Shown here: piece by piece, positions 51,804 to 61,629 of the stretch
Layout of the letters: every line of letters starts with the position of its first letter
Numbering within the stretch: the first letter of the stretch is position 1
NCBI GenBank assembly: GCA_964618805.1
Contig: CAZUBM010000008.1
Location: 1-64,000 of the forward strand
Length of the DNA stretch: 64,000 nucleotides
Direction: 5' to 3'
Origin: an uncultured Nitrososphaerota archaeon
GTDB lineage: Archaea > Korarchaeota > Korarchaeia > Korarchaeales > Korarchaeaceae
The notes under the pieces: generated by a model
The model's database searches: none
Told to the model about the DNA's origin: nothing
Seen by the model: the letters and a program-made list of their open reading frames with translations, nothing else
Translations under genes and position numbers: made by a program

Positions 51804-52124
51804 TTAGACCACCTCTATCCTATCTTCTGGGATCCCCCATTGGACCAGCATGTCCTTAAGTTTGCGCTTATGATCACCCTGAAGTAAAAGCAGGCCCTCT
51901 TTCTTTTTGTAAGTTCCACCGCAACCCAGCTTCTTCTTAAGGTATTTCACTAATCCCTTAACATCGGTGTCGTTGGCATCGATTCCTTCAACTAAGGTTA
52001 CTTCGCGGCCATACTTTCTCTTTTCGATTTTTATTACAACTTTCTGCTGCTCCTTGGCTATTTCACCGCAGACACATAGCTCCTTTGGAAGTCCGCAGAT
52101 CGGGCATCTTTCTCCGAAGCTCAT
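51804..52124 (-). CDS. Translation initiation factor aIF1 (SUI1)
   Basis: CPICGLPKELCVC, RKYGREVT, LKKKLGCGGT, LQGDHK. Confidence 0.92.
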   Translation of the reverse strand: MSFGERCPICGLPKELCVCGEIAKEQQKVVIKIEKRKYGREVTLVEGIDANDTDVKGLVKYLKKKLGCGGTYKKKEGLLLLQGDHKRKLKDMLVQWGIPEDRIEVV

Positions 52125-52181
52125 TACTTTATATCAAGACCTCCCTTCACAGGCCTGAATATTGCGGTCCCTTTAGAAAAT

Positions 52182-53180
52182 TTATTTTTGTTGGTCATTG
52201 GATCCATCTGATACTAAAGTAGCAGCGGCCTTTTCATCCTCTGCCTTAAGGAGAGGCCTTACTTTCTCAAGAAATTCACGGTATCTGTTTCTTACAGTCA
52301 CTTCGGTTACTGAGGCTGCTTGTGCTAGTTCCCTCTGAGTCCTATGTATACCCGCCTCTTGACATGCAAGATAGACAGCTGCTGCTGCCACCCCAACAGG
52401 TTCTCTTCCTAGAGTTGCTCCAACCTCTCTTGCTATCTTTAATATCTTTATCGCCCTTGTAGCAATTGATTGAGGAAGTTTAAGCTTAGAACAAATCCTA
52501 GGAACATATACTTCAGATTTCGGTGGAGGTATCCTTGTTCCAAGTTTTCTAAACAAGAACCTGAAGCTTCGACCTACCTCCTTCTCGGTGAGATTGAAGA
52601 AAGAAGCTATCTCTCCAAGAGACCTTGGAACCTCAGTCCTACGACAAGCAGCATAGATTACGGCTGCGACCATAGCATCCATGCTCCTTCCTTTAACGAG
52701 GCCAGCAGATGAAGCAAGCCTGTATAGCTTAGCAGCATCTTCGACGGTATGTGTGGGTAAGTCAAGCTGTTCTGCTATTGCTCTTATCTTAAACAATGCT
52801 GGCATTACGTTCTTTTCTTTTCTACTTCTAACGTGCTTCTTTGTCCTTCTTAGAGCCTGAATGGATTTCTGACTTATTCCTTTTGAAAAAGAGATCTGAG
52901 TGTCTAACCCATACGCAGGTCTTGTTGGAGTGACCGGGGCTCCAGCTCTGGCCCTTTCCATAAATTCCTCCGTATCAAACGCTCTCCAATCCTTATCCTC
53001 CAGAAAAAGACCTTTAGTTATCACTAATCCACATTCCGAACAAACCAGTTCCCCAGTATCAACATCCTCAATGATTTTCGTACTCCTACATCTGGGGCAA
53101 ACTATCTTCTCTTCTACGAAAGGAGAGTCATCACTCTGTCTCTTATCCTTAGGAGAAGGATCTTCAAACAAGAAACGCAT
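52182..53180 (-). CDS. tfb: Transcription initiation factor IIB
   Basis: CPRC...GELVCSECG zinc ribbon, WRAF, RAGAP, KGRS, GREPVG, VTEVTVRNRY. Confidence 0.95.
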   Translation of the reverse strand: MRFLFEDPSPKDKRQSDDSPFVEEKIVCPRCRSTKIIEDVDTGELVCSECGLVITKGLFLEDKDWRAFDTEEFMERARAGAPVTPTRPAYGLDTQISFSKGISQKSIQALRRTKKHVRSRKEKNVMPALFKIRAIAEQLDLPTHTVEDAAKLYRLASSAGLVKGRSMDAMVAAVIYAACRRTEVPRSLGEIASFFNLTEKEVGRSFRFLFRKLGTRIPPPKSEVYVPRICSKLKLPQSIATRAIKILKIAREVGATLGREPVGVAAAAVYLACQEAGIHRTQRELAQAASVTEVTVRNRYREFLEKVRPLLKAEDEKAAATLVSDGSNDQQK

Positions 53181-53241
53181 ACCCCCAGAAAAGTATTCCT
53201 CACTAAGCGTGCAACATGTGATATATAAATTTTACGTTAGA

Positions 53242-54045
53242 TTAAATAAACCTTACTGAAATCAGATAGCCGATAAAACCTGTGATTCCGCTCATAATCA
53301 AATTGACTAGATCGTTACTAAGCCATTTGTATCCCTTAATCAACTTAGCTTGTGTCCCACATCTGTGAATTCTTGATTCTGTCAATTTTGAGCACTTAGG
53401 ACATAAGTAAAGGGCTTGCCACTCAGCTCCTATTATGCTATCCACTAAGCTTCCAAAAAAGCCAGTTATTGTGGAGAATAAAACTGGATTAGATCTGACC
53501 AAGCCAACTGCCCCTGTTAGAGTTCCTAGGATGAAGGGAGCAATGAATGCTACCAAGAAACCCAGTGGACTAACGCCTCCAGAGGTCCCAGCATCCACTT
53601 TGATCCAAGGTCTTGTAATAAGCCTTGGTGGGGAGGGGTTCAAAACACCAATTTCGTTGCTTAGCGTATCTGCAATAGAAGCAGATACGGAAGCAATATA
53701 AGCAAAAAGCCATCTCTCTGATCCTGAAACTCGCCAGAGGAGTAGAAAGATGACAGGCATTAAACCATTAGCCCAAACATTTTGCCAGCTCCTTGCACCT
53801 CCTTTGGGCTGGGCTGCTTCTTTTTGGACCTTCCTCTTATATTTTAGCTTTGTGGCCAAGCTTCCAGACAAATAAAATACCATCATAGGTAAGAATGCCT
53901 TCAAATCACCAAGGAGGACGATGCTTCCTCCAACGACGAAACCACTAAGTAATCCTAGAAAATCTACCCAGCGCTTTCTGAGGCTGATTAGCCCAAGAGC
54001 TAGAACTATTGAAAGGCCAATGATTTTTGTATACACCTGGATCAC
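53242..54045 (-). CDS. DUF92 (TMEM19) family membrane protein
   Basis: RSWQNVWANG, ADTLSNEIG, GTSGGVS, DSIIGA..Q, NDLVN. Confidence 0.88.
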   Translation of the reverse strand: MIQVYTKIIGLSIVLALGLISLRKRWVDFLGLLSGFVVGGSIVLLGDLKAFLPMMVFYLSGSLATKLKYKRKVQKEAAQPKGGARSWQNVWANGLMPVIFLLLWRVSGSERWLFAYIASVSASIADTLSNEIGVLNPSPPRLITRPWIKVDAGTSGGVSPLGFLVAFIAPFILGTLTGAVGLVRSNPVLFSTITGFFGSLVDSIIGAEWQALYLCPKCSKLTESRIHRCGTQAKLIKGYKWLSNDLVNLIMSGITGFIGYLISVRFI

Positions 54046-54239
54046 TTTATCTTGTCCCGTTTGTTAATGCTATTTTATAAAGATCTCGATGCAAAAATGG
54101 TGCTACCTAATTATATTTCTACTAAAATAGCCTCATGGTTCTCTATAAGGGCATATAAGATTTTAAGACCTAATAAGATGGTTTTAAACCATTTCCTACA
54201 TATGTAACAGTTTAAATGTTGGTTCGAGTTTTAAAAAAC

Positions 54240-54346
54240 GGGGCCGTAGTCTAGCTTGGTCTAGGATGCCAGCCTGAGGCTTAGTAGTTTTTCCCTTTGA
54301 CCGGCTATGGGCGCTGGTGACCCGGGTTCAAATCCCGGCGGCCCCA
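54240..54346 (+). tRNA. tRNA-Pro(GGG) with a 32-nt non-canonical intron at position 34/35 (54277-54308)
   Basis: GGGGCCG/CGGCCCC acceptor, CCAGC/GCTGG anticodon stem, GGTTCAAATCC T-arm. BHB: central helix AGCC/GGCT, bulges TGA and ATG, outer helix GCC/GGC. Spliced loop CTGGGGC; CCA not encoded. Confidence 0.9.
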
Positions 54347-54413
54347 TTTTTATCAAAAACCTATAATTGAATAATTTTCTCTGAGACTTACACCATCTAT
54401 AGCGTGATGTTCT

Positions 54414-54962
54414 TTGGAAGGAACCAAAAGATTTCTTCAGGGAGATCTCTCCTGCGATTTGCAACTTAGACATGAGGCTAGATCCCTTATTGGTCGCCCA
54501 AAGGGCATAGTTGTTAGAAAACTTTCGAGAGATTTGTTCAAAGGGGAATTAGTTCTGGCTGTCGGAGACGCTGTTTTCAAAAACCTCATTGATATAGGAA
54601 TTAAACCAGATCTCTGCGTTCTCGATCTCAAGATTCAAAGACAGAGTGTAGAGGAACCCAAAGATGCACTAAGAGGCTATACTATCCTAAAGACGAAAAA
54701 CCCTCCAGGATGGATAACTCTGGACGCTTGGAGGACCATAAAGAGAGCTATCAATGCCGTAAATAAGGGCAAAAAAGTAGCTGTGTTAGTTGATGGAGAA
54801 GAAGATCTTCTTGGATTCCCTGTTGCTATCAATGGTCCTTTAGGATCCCTTCTTATCTATGGTCAACCAGGAGAAGGAGCTGTGATAGTCCGCTTAACAA
54901 AGATGGAAAAGGATAGGGCAGTGAAAATCCTAGAAAAATCATTTGAATGTGCTCCTGACTAA
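54414..54962 (+). CDS. GTP-dependent dephospho-CoA kinase (DUF359)
   Basis: AVGD, NPPG.IT, VDGEEDLL, YGQPGEG. Confidence 0.85.
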   Translation: MEGTKRFLQGDLSCDLQLRHEARSLIGRPKGIVVRKLSRDLFKGELVLAVGDAVFKNLIDIGIKPDLCVLDLKIQRQSVEEPKDALRGYTILKTKNPPGWITLDAWRTIKRAINAVNKGKKVAVLVDGEEDLLGFPVAINGPLGSLLIYGQPGEGAVIVRLTKMEKDRAVKILEKSFECAPD

Positions 54963-54963
54963 T

Positions 54964-56727
54964 CTAAGGTCTTCTGGGAAGTACATGATGCCTAATCTTC
55001 ATAAAAGGGTGATTCTCAAATTCCTTTACCTCTAGAGCAGATAGAATGGTCTTTCCAACAGCTAAAACAGAATCAGATTCGTCTACAGCTATAATTTCTT
55101 GATAGGGCCTGATCTCAACGTCTACATCCGAAATAAAATGCGTGAAAACTGAGGTCCCTCTTGCAACAATTTCTGCAAACTCCTTTTTGACTACAACTCT
55201 GCTTTTGGGATAAGGTAAAACTTTGATCAATTTCTTAGCTCCTTCTAAGCTTGGAATAAACATGCCATCATAATGCCTTATCATACCAACCCTCTCTTCT
55301 CCATCGAAAACCTGTCTTGGCATGCCCGTGCTCTTAGATCTGACAATTTTGGGGTTATTAAAAGCTCTTCTAGCCTCAGGACCGAATTGATATTGTAACA
55401 AATGAGATAACAATTCTTCATCATTAGGTTCTTCTATCGGTTCAGCTTCACCAGGGACATGCGTTTGCCCAAAGGGATAGGTGTACCTCAACCCGATGGG
55501 AACCTTGCCGTAAAGATTAGTTGAAAAGAAGCGTTTGGCCTCAACTACTCTGTTTAGCATTCTCTTTGCCCTGTAAACCTCTGGACGTTCCTGGGTCTCT
55601 TCGCCGGAGTAAAAGATACCTGATTTCTTAGAAAAAGGCTCTCTTTTCTCTAATTCCTCCTTGAAATTCTTGAATGCAAACAATAAGGCTTCTAAAAGTC
55701 TTGGATGATATCTAGCTCTCATTTGGACGAGTTCCCATAACCACCCCCCTCTTATGGCCTCTCTAGTTTTCCTGATCTCCTCCGCACAAACATAGAGGTT
55801 ATGTCTTGCCAGAAAACGCACTCTCTCTTCCTGAGTCAGGGATCTTACTTCCTTTGGGGTGTACTTGGAGCATTCTGGACAATCACAAGGGAATTCTTCT
55901 AACTCTTCAAGATACATCGTCCCCTCAATGGTCATGTACCGTCCATCCTCTGCGAACAAAGCGTAAGCTGCAGAATCAAAACTATCTGCCCCTAGAGCAA
56001 CAAAAAAGGCGAACGTAGATGGATGTCCTATTCCCCAGAAGTGTAAGGGCTTGCCAGCTGGCAGGAGTTCTCTCACACGAATTAGATACTCTACCTGAAC
56101 GTCGTATTCATATCTCTCTAAAGCAACTTTTAGCGAACCAGCTCCAAAATATCCAAAGCCAATAGATGATATTTCTTTGGCGCACTTGATCAGTAGATCA
56201 TGATATTTCGATCCTTGAACGGTTCCAAGCCAAATCGTCTTGTTTAGCTCATCTTTAATCTTATCCAATTCTCTAGCATGTTTTATAGTTTCTTTAACGC
56301 CTTCTGCAGCTTCTTTATAGGATATGTGGGCAGCCATGGGCACATCTATTATGCTTCCTATGTCAGAGCCGATCTCATGCTGAAATCTGATTATATCAAT
56401 GTTAGAGACCTCAACTCTTTTGTATTTATACAACTGATAGGCTCCTGAGTCTGTCATTATTATTCCATCGAAGCCTAAGACTTCATGCAAACCACGCTCA
56501 AGGACTTTGGACCGTAGCTCAGGATTTCGGTATATTATGTATGAGTTGGTAATTATCTGCTTTATTTTGAAATCTCTAAGGATTTCTTCAGGCGATATAA
56601 CTGGTTTATTTGGATTATAGACGGGAAAAAAGGCTGGTAGCTCGAGCGGGCCGCTTTTTGTTGCCACAGTGCCCAGCCTTGCTGATGCATCTCTAGCCCT
56701 TATTAAGAAAGAGCCAATTTTTCTCAT
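54964..56727 (-). CDS. tgtA: Archaeosine tRNA-guanine(15) transglycosylase with PUA domain
   Basis: PAFFPVYNP, ITNSYI, MTDSGAYQ, DSFDSAAY, CDCPEC and HNL zinc site, C-terminal PUA domain. Confidence 0.92.
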   Translation of the reverse strand: MRKIGSFLIRARDASARLGTVATKSGPLELPAFFPVYNPNKPVISPEEILRDFKIKQIITNSYIIYRNPELRSKVLERGLHEVLGFDGIIMTDSGAYQLYKYKRVEVSNIDIIRFQHEIGSDIGSIIDVPMAAHISYKEAAEGVKETIKHARELDKIKDELNKTIWLGTVQGSKYHDLLIKCAKEISSIGFGYFGAGSLKVALERYEYDVQVEYLIRVRELLPAGKPLHFWGIGHPSTFAFFVALGADSFDSAAYALFAEDGRYMTIEGTMYLEELEEFPCDCPECSKYTPKEVRSLTQEERVRFLARHNLYVCAEEIRKTREAIRGGWLWELVQMRARYHPRLLEALLFAFKNFKEELEKREPFSKKSGIFYSGEETQERPEVYRAKRMLNRVVEAKRFFSTNLYGKVPIGLRYTYPFGQTHVPGEAEPIEEPNDEELLSHLLQYQFGPEARRAFNNPKIVRSKSTGMPRQVFDGEERVGMIRHYDGMFIPSLEGAKKLIKVLPYPKSRVVVKKEFAEIVARGTSVFTHFISDVDVEIRPYQEIIAVDESDSVLAVGKTILSALEVKEFENHPFMKIRHHVLPRRP

Positions 56728-56785
56728 CCCTTAAACCCTCACAACTAACGAAGGAGCTTATCTATTAAAAAAAGGAAAGGGAGGA

Positions 56786-57037
56786 TTAGTCAGGGAGTTC
56801 CTCGTGCCCGTTGTTGAACTTATAGATCAGTGAGAGGCCTTTTTCAGTTATGAATACTCTTTCACCCCGAAATCGTTTCTGTCTTTCAATTAATCCGTGA
56901 ATGCAAAGATATCTAAGAACGAACTCCCTATAAGACCTCTCTGGAACTAGTTCAGAGGCCACGACACCGTCCTCGCCAGCCTTCTCTAACTTTCTTAGAA
57001 TCCGAATATGGGCATTCAGTAATTTATGACTCTGCAA
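56786..57037 (-). CDS. Small winged helix-turn-helix protein
   Basis: LRYLCIHGLIE...VFITEKG wHTH wing signature; TTG start preceded by GAAGGGGGA SD. Confidence 0.6.
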   Translation of the reverse strand: MQSHKLLNAHIRILRKLEKAGEDGVVASELVPERSYREFVLRYLCIHGLIERQKRFRGERVFITEKGLSLIYKFNNGHEELPD

Positions 57038-57039
57038 GG

Positions 57040-57112
57040 CCTTCCCCCTTCATCTTGGGTTACCTAGGAACCCCCTCTCTCAGGGGATCGCCCGGGGGCG
57101 CCGGGAACCCTT
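57040..57112 (-). promoter_or_regulatory. Candidate structured 5' leader RNA (three-way junction)
   Basis: GC-rich island: GGGUU/AACCC closing stem enclosing CCCGG-CGCCC-CCGGG and AUCCCCU-GAGAG-AGGGGGU hairpins; TATA-like TTTTAAGA at 57137-57144 on the minus strand. Confidence 0.5.
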
Positions 57113-57292
57113 GTTGAGATATATGTATGAAGACTATCTTAAAAGTTAACATGCCCTAAGCAACTCCAAAAAAGAAACTTAAGGCGCGATCGAACTTGCA
57201 GATCTTTATTTGAATATATGGAAACAGTTAGTATTAGATCTGAAGTAACCGATGGTGTATAAATAGGATACGTCTTAAGTCGAAATTTTTCA

Positions 57293-58099
57293 ATGATTAT
57301 TTACTCAGGCAGACATGATCCTCAGATGCCAATACAAGAAGGTGATCTCGTCCTTTTCATGTACAAAGGAAAGAGGGAATTAAGAAAAGTTGTGAAACGG
57401 GTGAGAAAAGGGGAATACTTTCATACCCACCTAGGGACCCTATGCTATGATGACGTGATCGGACTCGATTGGGGGAGTTCGATCAAAACGTCAATAGGCG
57501 GCGAAATTTTAGCTCTAAAACCTACGCTTTCAGATCTTATGGAAAGAATACCCAGAAGAACTCAAATAATTTATCCAAAAGATGCTGCCTTCATGATAAT
57601 TAAGTCTGGCGTTTTACCAGGATCTCTAGTTGTTGAAGGAGGAACTGGTTCTGGATCCTTAACGCTCTGTCTTTCGTTTGCCGTAGGAGAAAGTGGTTTA
57701 GTGGTTAGTTATGAGACAAACAAGGACTTTCTAAAGCTTGCTTCAAGGAACCTGAAGAGATTTGGAGTGAAGAACGTGATCCTGAAAAACAAAGACATTA
57801 GGGAGCTAGATGAAAGGGATGTTGATGCCATATTCTTGGATATAGGTAATCCTTGGGAAGTCTTTGAGCAATCATATTTAGCCTTAAAGCCAGGAGGGAC
57901 TCTTTGCTGCTTTGTACCTTCTTACGAACAGATGAGAAAGGTGGTTCTCTCTGCAAAGAGCAATGGCTTTGGAGCAGCGGAGATTTATGAGATCTTGCTT
58001 AGGGAGTATGAAGTAGATGAGAGAAGAACCCGGCCAAAACCATGGATGATAGGACATACGGGATTCATCATCATAATGAGGAAAATCATGAAGTTCTAG
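57293..58099 (+). CDS. trmI: tRNA (adenine(57/58)-N1)-methyltransferase
   Basis: FHTHLG, RRTQIIYPKD, EGGTGSG, FLDIGNPW, RTRP, HTGF. Confidence 0.92.
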   Translation: MIIYSGRHDPQMPIQEGDLVLFMYKGKRELRKVVKRVRKGEYFHTHLGTLCYDDVIGLDWGSSIKTSIGGEILALKPTLSDLMERIPRRTQIIYPKDAAFMIIKSGVLPGSLVVEGGTGSGSLTLCLSFAVGESGLVVSYETNKDFLKLASRNLKRFGVKNVILKNKDIRELDERDVDAIFLDIGNPWEVFEQSYLALKPGGTLCCFVPSYEQMRKVVLSAKSNGFGAAEIYEILLREYEVDERRTRPKPWMIGHTGFIIIMRKIMKF

Positions 58100-58112
58100 A
58101 ATCAAAGGCTAA

Positions 58113-59474
58113 TTACGTAGCTATGGAGTCTAAGAACTCCTCAGTACTATTGAATACCTCCTCTGCTATCTCCTTAGATTCCCCCAAATAGGTAGCGGGA
58201 TTTATGAGGGAACTAATCTCCTCCTTAGAGATCTTTTTAAGAACTGCTTCTTCTTGCAAGAGAACATCAAGAAGGCTCTTATTTTCTTCTATGGCTCTCA
58301 TCGAAAGCTTTCTTATCAATTCATGGGCCCTTTGACGTCCCATTTGACGCCGAGCCAATTCTAGCATTATTCTCTCAGCCATTATAAGATCACCAGCCCT
58401 CTCAAGGTTCCTTTTCATCGCCTCTTCTTTGAGCACGAGGTTCCTAATGACATACTCCAAAGTTCTGAGCTGTTCGTCTATAATGAGGAATGCTTCTGGT
58501 ATCATTATTCTTTCAACAGAACTGTTGGTAAGATCCCTTTCATGTTCGAGAACGATGTTTTCAAAGGCTGCTACGGATAAACCCCTCATTATCCTTGCTA
58601 GCCCGCAAACTTTCTCGCTTCTTATGGGATTTCGCTTATGAGGCATTGTGCTTGAGCCAACTTGTTTTCTTACCTTAAACGGTTCTTCTACTTCAGCGAT
58701 CTCGCTCCTTTGAAGATTTCTTATCTCGTTGGCAATCAGTTCAAGCGTGGAAGAAATCAAAGCCAGCATAGATATCAATTCGGCGAGCGAATCTCTTGGA
58801 ACAATTTGGGTTGAAATCTCAGCTTCTTTTAAGCCCAATTCCTTCATAACAAGCGATTGTATCTCCCTCCCTTTACCGTAGAATGAAGCCATTGTACCGA
58901 TTGCTCCGCTAATTTTGCCTCTAACAACTCTAGATTCAACAGAAATCAATCTTTCTAAATTTTGTTTCATAATGCTGGCCCAAACAGCAAGTTTGAACCC
59001 AAAAGGCATTGGAAGAGCAGCAATTCCATGTGTTCTACCTAAACAAATTAAATCGAGGGCATCCCTTCCTCTCTCAATGATGGCTCTCGTTAAAGAGATG
59101 AGCCTGTATCTTATCAGAGAGATGGCTTGTTTTAATTGAAGAGCTAGAGCTGTATCCAATATATCGTTAGAAGTGGCACCAAAGTGGACATATTCGCCAT
59201 ATGGACCAGCCTGTTCGGCTATAGCTAAAACTAATGCCATAGTTTCATGCTGAGTAATTCTTTCTAGCTCAAATATTCGCTCTGGTCGAATTTTATCATT
59301 TTCTACGACTTCAGCAATGCGTTCGGCAGCTTCTTTAGGTATAAGTCCAACCTGAGCCTCTGCCTTGGCAAGCGCCGCTTCTACCTTGGCCATGAGTTTG
59401 TACTTTGTAGATACCTCGAAAATCTCCCTCATTTCTCTTGATCCATACCTATACTCTATCGGATGAACTGGCAA
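58113..59474 (-). CDS. purB: Adenylosuccinate lyase
   Basis: HFGATSND, GRTHG, SGAIGT, STQIVPRD, GSSTMPHKRNP, HERDLTNS. Confidence 0.95.
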   Translation of the reverse strand: MPVHPIEYRYGSREMREIFEVSTKYKLMAKVEAALAKAEAQVGLIPKEAAERIAEVVENDKIRPERIFELERITQHETMALVLAIAEQAGPYGEYVHFGATSNDILDTALALQLKQAISLIRYRLISLTRAIIERGRDALDLICLGRTHGIAALPMPFGFKLAVWASIMKQNLERLISVESRVVRGKISGAIGTMASFYGKGREIQSLVMKELGLKEAEISTQIVPRDSLAELISMLALISSTLELIANEIRNLQRSEIAEVEEPFKVRKQVGSSTMPHKRNPIRSEKVCGLARIMRGLSVAAFENIVLEHERDLTNSSVERIMIPEAFLIIDEQLRTLEYVIRNLVLKEEAMKRNLERAGDLIMAERIMLELARRQMGRQRAHELIRKLSMRAIEENKSLLDVLLQEEAVLKKISKEEISSLINPATYLGESKEIAEEVFNSTEEFLDSIAT

Positions 59475-61623
59475 TTCCGCTCAACTCCCTAGCTAACTGA
59501 ATGATCTTAACAGCAATTCTATCTCCAATTCCCGGAAGATTAGCCAATTTGGTCACATCAGCACGTGCTATTTCAATAGGAGAAGTATATCCTGCATCAT
59601 ATAAGATGCGTCCCCTCCTCCTACCAATTCCAGGAATCTTCACAATACTCAACAACTCTTCTCTCACCCCATATTTCACCCTATTCATGAGTCTTTCAAG
59701 ATATCTGTAGAGTTCCCGCTTCTGAAACAGCCTGGCTATCTCAGAAAACGAATATATCAACCAAACAGCGTTTTGAATGATGTTATGGAGATCACCGGGT
59801 TCAACTTTGAACTTTTCCTCAATTTCCCCCAAAGACATCTCACTTATCCAAGCTCTAAGTGTCAAGGCAAGTTTTATGGTCTGCAATAGCTCATAAGATG
59901 ATGCAAGAGGAGCCTCTGTCAGAGGTATTAGGTACTCCAATTCGTCCATCATCATCCCAATTTTATCGAATTCCATCCTCCTAAGGCCTACTTTTGGCAT
60001 GTCTGGAAGCATTCCGATAAACTGTAAGACAGCTAGCTCTAAATCAAAAGTCGAAGATCTCTTTAGAAGCCTATCCGCCGGTTCCATCGCTTCTACCATC
60101 ATGATCGCACTCATAGGATCTATGTAGAGCTGAGAGACTCTTTTACCAAGCCTTGTAGCAAGTAAAGCCCCTCCAACCCTTTCAATCATTCCGTTTTTCT
60201 GCAAAAAGTCCAAGATAGGATCAACTACTTTCATTATAAGCCCACGTCCTCCTTGAATAGAAAAGAGAGTTCTTTTGAGGACTTCTCCTATCTCCTTCTC
60301 ATTTGTGGGCTCTTTCAAAGCTACTAAAGATAAGATCTGAGCTCTTAGCTTTGTGATGCTGTGAAGGCTAGAGGATATCGGCTCAGGAGCTGCAAGCAAG
60401 TATCTTTCAAACAACTTCTGGGACTCTGCTCTTGATCTAGCGATGATAAGTGCCTCTCCGATCTCGTCATAATCTGGTCTTCCAGCTCTACCAGCCATCT
60501 GCTTGAATTCCATCGTAGAGATGGGCCTAGAGTAGCCAGCCATGCTATCATAACGCATGTAAGAGGCAATAATCACCCTCCTAGCTGGGAGATTTACCCC
60601 AGCAGCAAGCGTTGGAGTGGCGGTAAGTGCTAGTAGGAATCTTCTCCTAAACAAATCCTCTACTATTGCTCTCATTCTATGAGACAGACCTGCATGATGA
60701 AATGCAACCCCCTCTCTCAGAACGCTAGCCAATTCTCTGGCTAAATGCGAAGATGGCTCATCTTCGATTAGTTCATCGGCCTTTTCAGAGAGAGTATCCC
60801 TATCTACTTCAACATTATACTTTCTGAATATTCTGGCAATTTTCTTAGCTCCACTGACTGCTGCCTTTCTTCTCATGTAAAAGACGAGGACCTGACCTCC
60901 ATCTAAACAATCTAAGATTAGACTGGATAAGTCTCCTCCATTATGCAAAGAATACCGTTTTCCATCATGGAAGACTACTTCTCCTTTGTAAAACACTCCA
61001 TATCTCAAAGGAACCGGTCTCCAATCAACAACGATTGGCTTGGCTTCAAGCCATTTAGCTATCTGATCTATATTTTGAATAGTTGCGCTAAGCGCTATCC
61101 TTCTGGACATTTCGTTTAAATCCATGAATTTAGCAACGGTCATCTCTATAGCAGGACCCCGGCCCTCGTCTGCCACATAATGTATCTCATCAAAGATGAT
61201 GGCGCTGATATCTTTAATCCACGATGCTCGGTGTCTAAGTATTGAATCAAACTTCTCGTACGTTGTTATAATAACATCATGTTTTCCTAAGGGTTCTTCG
61301 GAGGAATCATAGTCACCAACACTCATTCTAACTGAAAAACCAAGAGATCTGTACCTTGGATAAAAGCTTGAGAATTTCTCAGAAGCTAAAGCCCTTAGAG
61401 GAACCACATAAACGATCTTTCCTCCTTTATATAGCTCATTGAGCATGGCTAGCTCGGCTGCTAGAGTCTTTCCGCTAGCAGTTGGAGCTGCTAGAACGAA
61501 ATTTCCGGAAGGAACAAGTCTTCTATTGATGATCTCTGTCTGAGGAGGGAAAAGCTCATTAATACCCCATCTATTCAATGCTCTTTTGATGTTTTCTGGC
61601 AGCGGGGCTCGTTCAAGTAGCAA
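59449..61623 (-). CDS. hel308: Hel308/Hjm (Ski2-like) DEIH-box DNA helicase
   Basis: APTASGKT, VPLRALA, DEIH, LSAT, FHHAGL, TPTLAAGVNLPA, QMAGRAGRP, C-terminal HhH. Confidence 0.92.
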   Translation of the reverse strand: MLLERAPLPENIKRALNRWGINELFPPQTEIINRRLVPSGNFVLAAPTASGKTLAAELAMLNELYKGGKIVYVVPLRALASEKFSSFYPRYRSLGFSVRMSVGDYDSSEEPLGKHDVIITTYEKFDSILRHRASWIKDISAIIFDEIHYVADEGRGPAIEMTVAKFMDLNEMSRRIALSATIQNIDQIAKWLEAKPIVVDWRPVPLRYGVFYKGEVVFHDGKRYSLHNGGDLSSLILDCLDGGQVLVFYMRRKAAVSGAKKIARIFRKYNVEVDRDTLSEKADELIEDEPSSHLARELASVLREGVAFHHAGLSHRMRAIVEDLFRRRFLLALTATPTLAAGVNLPARRVIIASYMRYDSMAGYSRPISTMEFKQMAGRAGRPDYDEIGEALIIARSRAESQKLFERYLLAAPEPISSSLHSITKLRAQILSLVALKEPTNEKEIGEVLKRTLFSIQGGRGLIMKVVDPILDFLQKNGMIERVGGALLATRLGKRVSQLYIDPMSAIMMVEAMEPADRLLKRSSTFDLELAVLQFIGMLPDMPKVGLRRMEFDKIGMMMDELEYLIPLTEAPLASSYELLQTIKLALTLRAWISEMSLGEIEEKFKVEPGDLHNIIQNAVWLIYSFSEIARLFQKRELYRYLERLMNRVKYGVREELLSIVKIPGIGRRRGRILYDAGYTSPIEIARADVTKLANLPGIGDRIAVKIIQLARELSGIASSSDRV

Positions 61624-61629
61624 CTAGTT

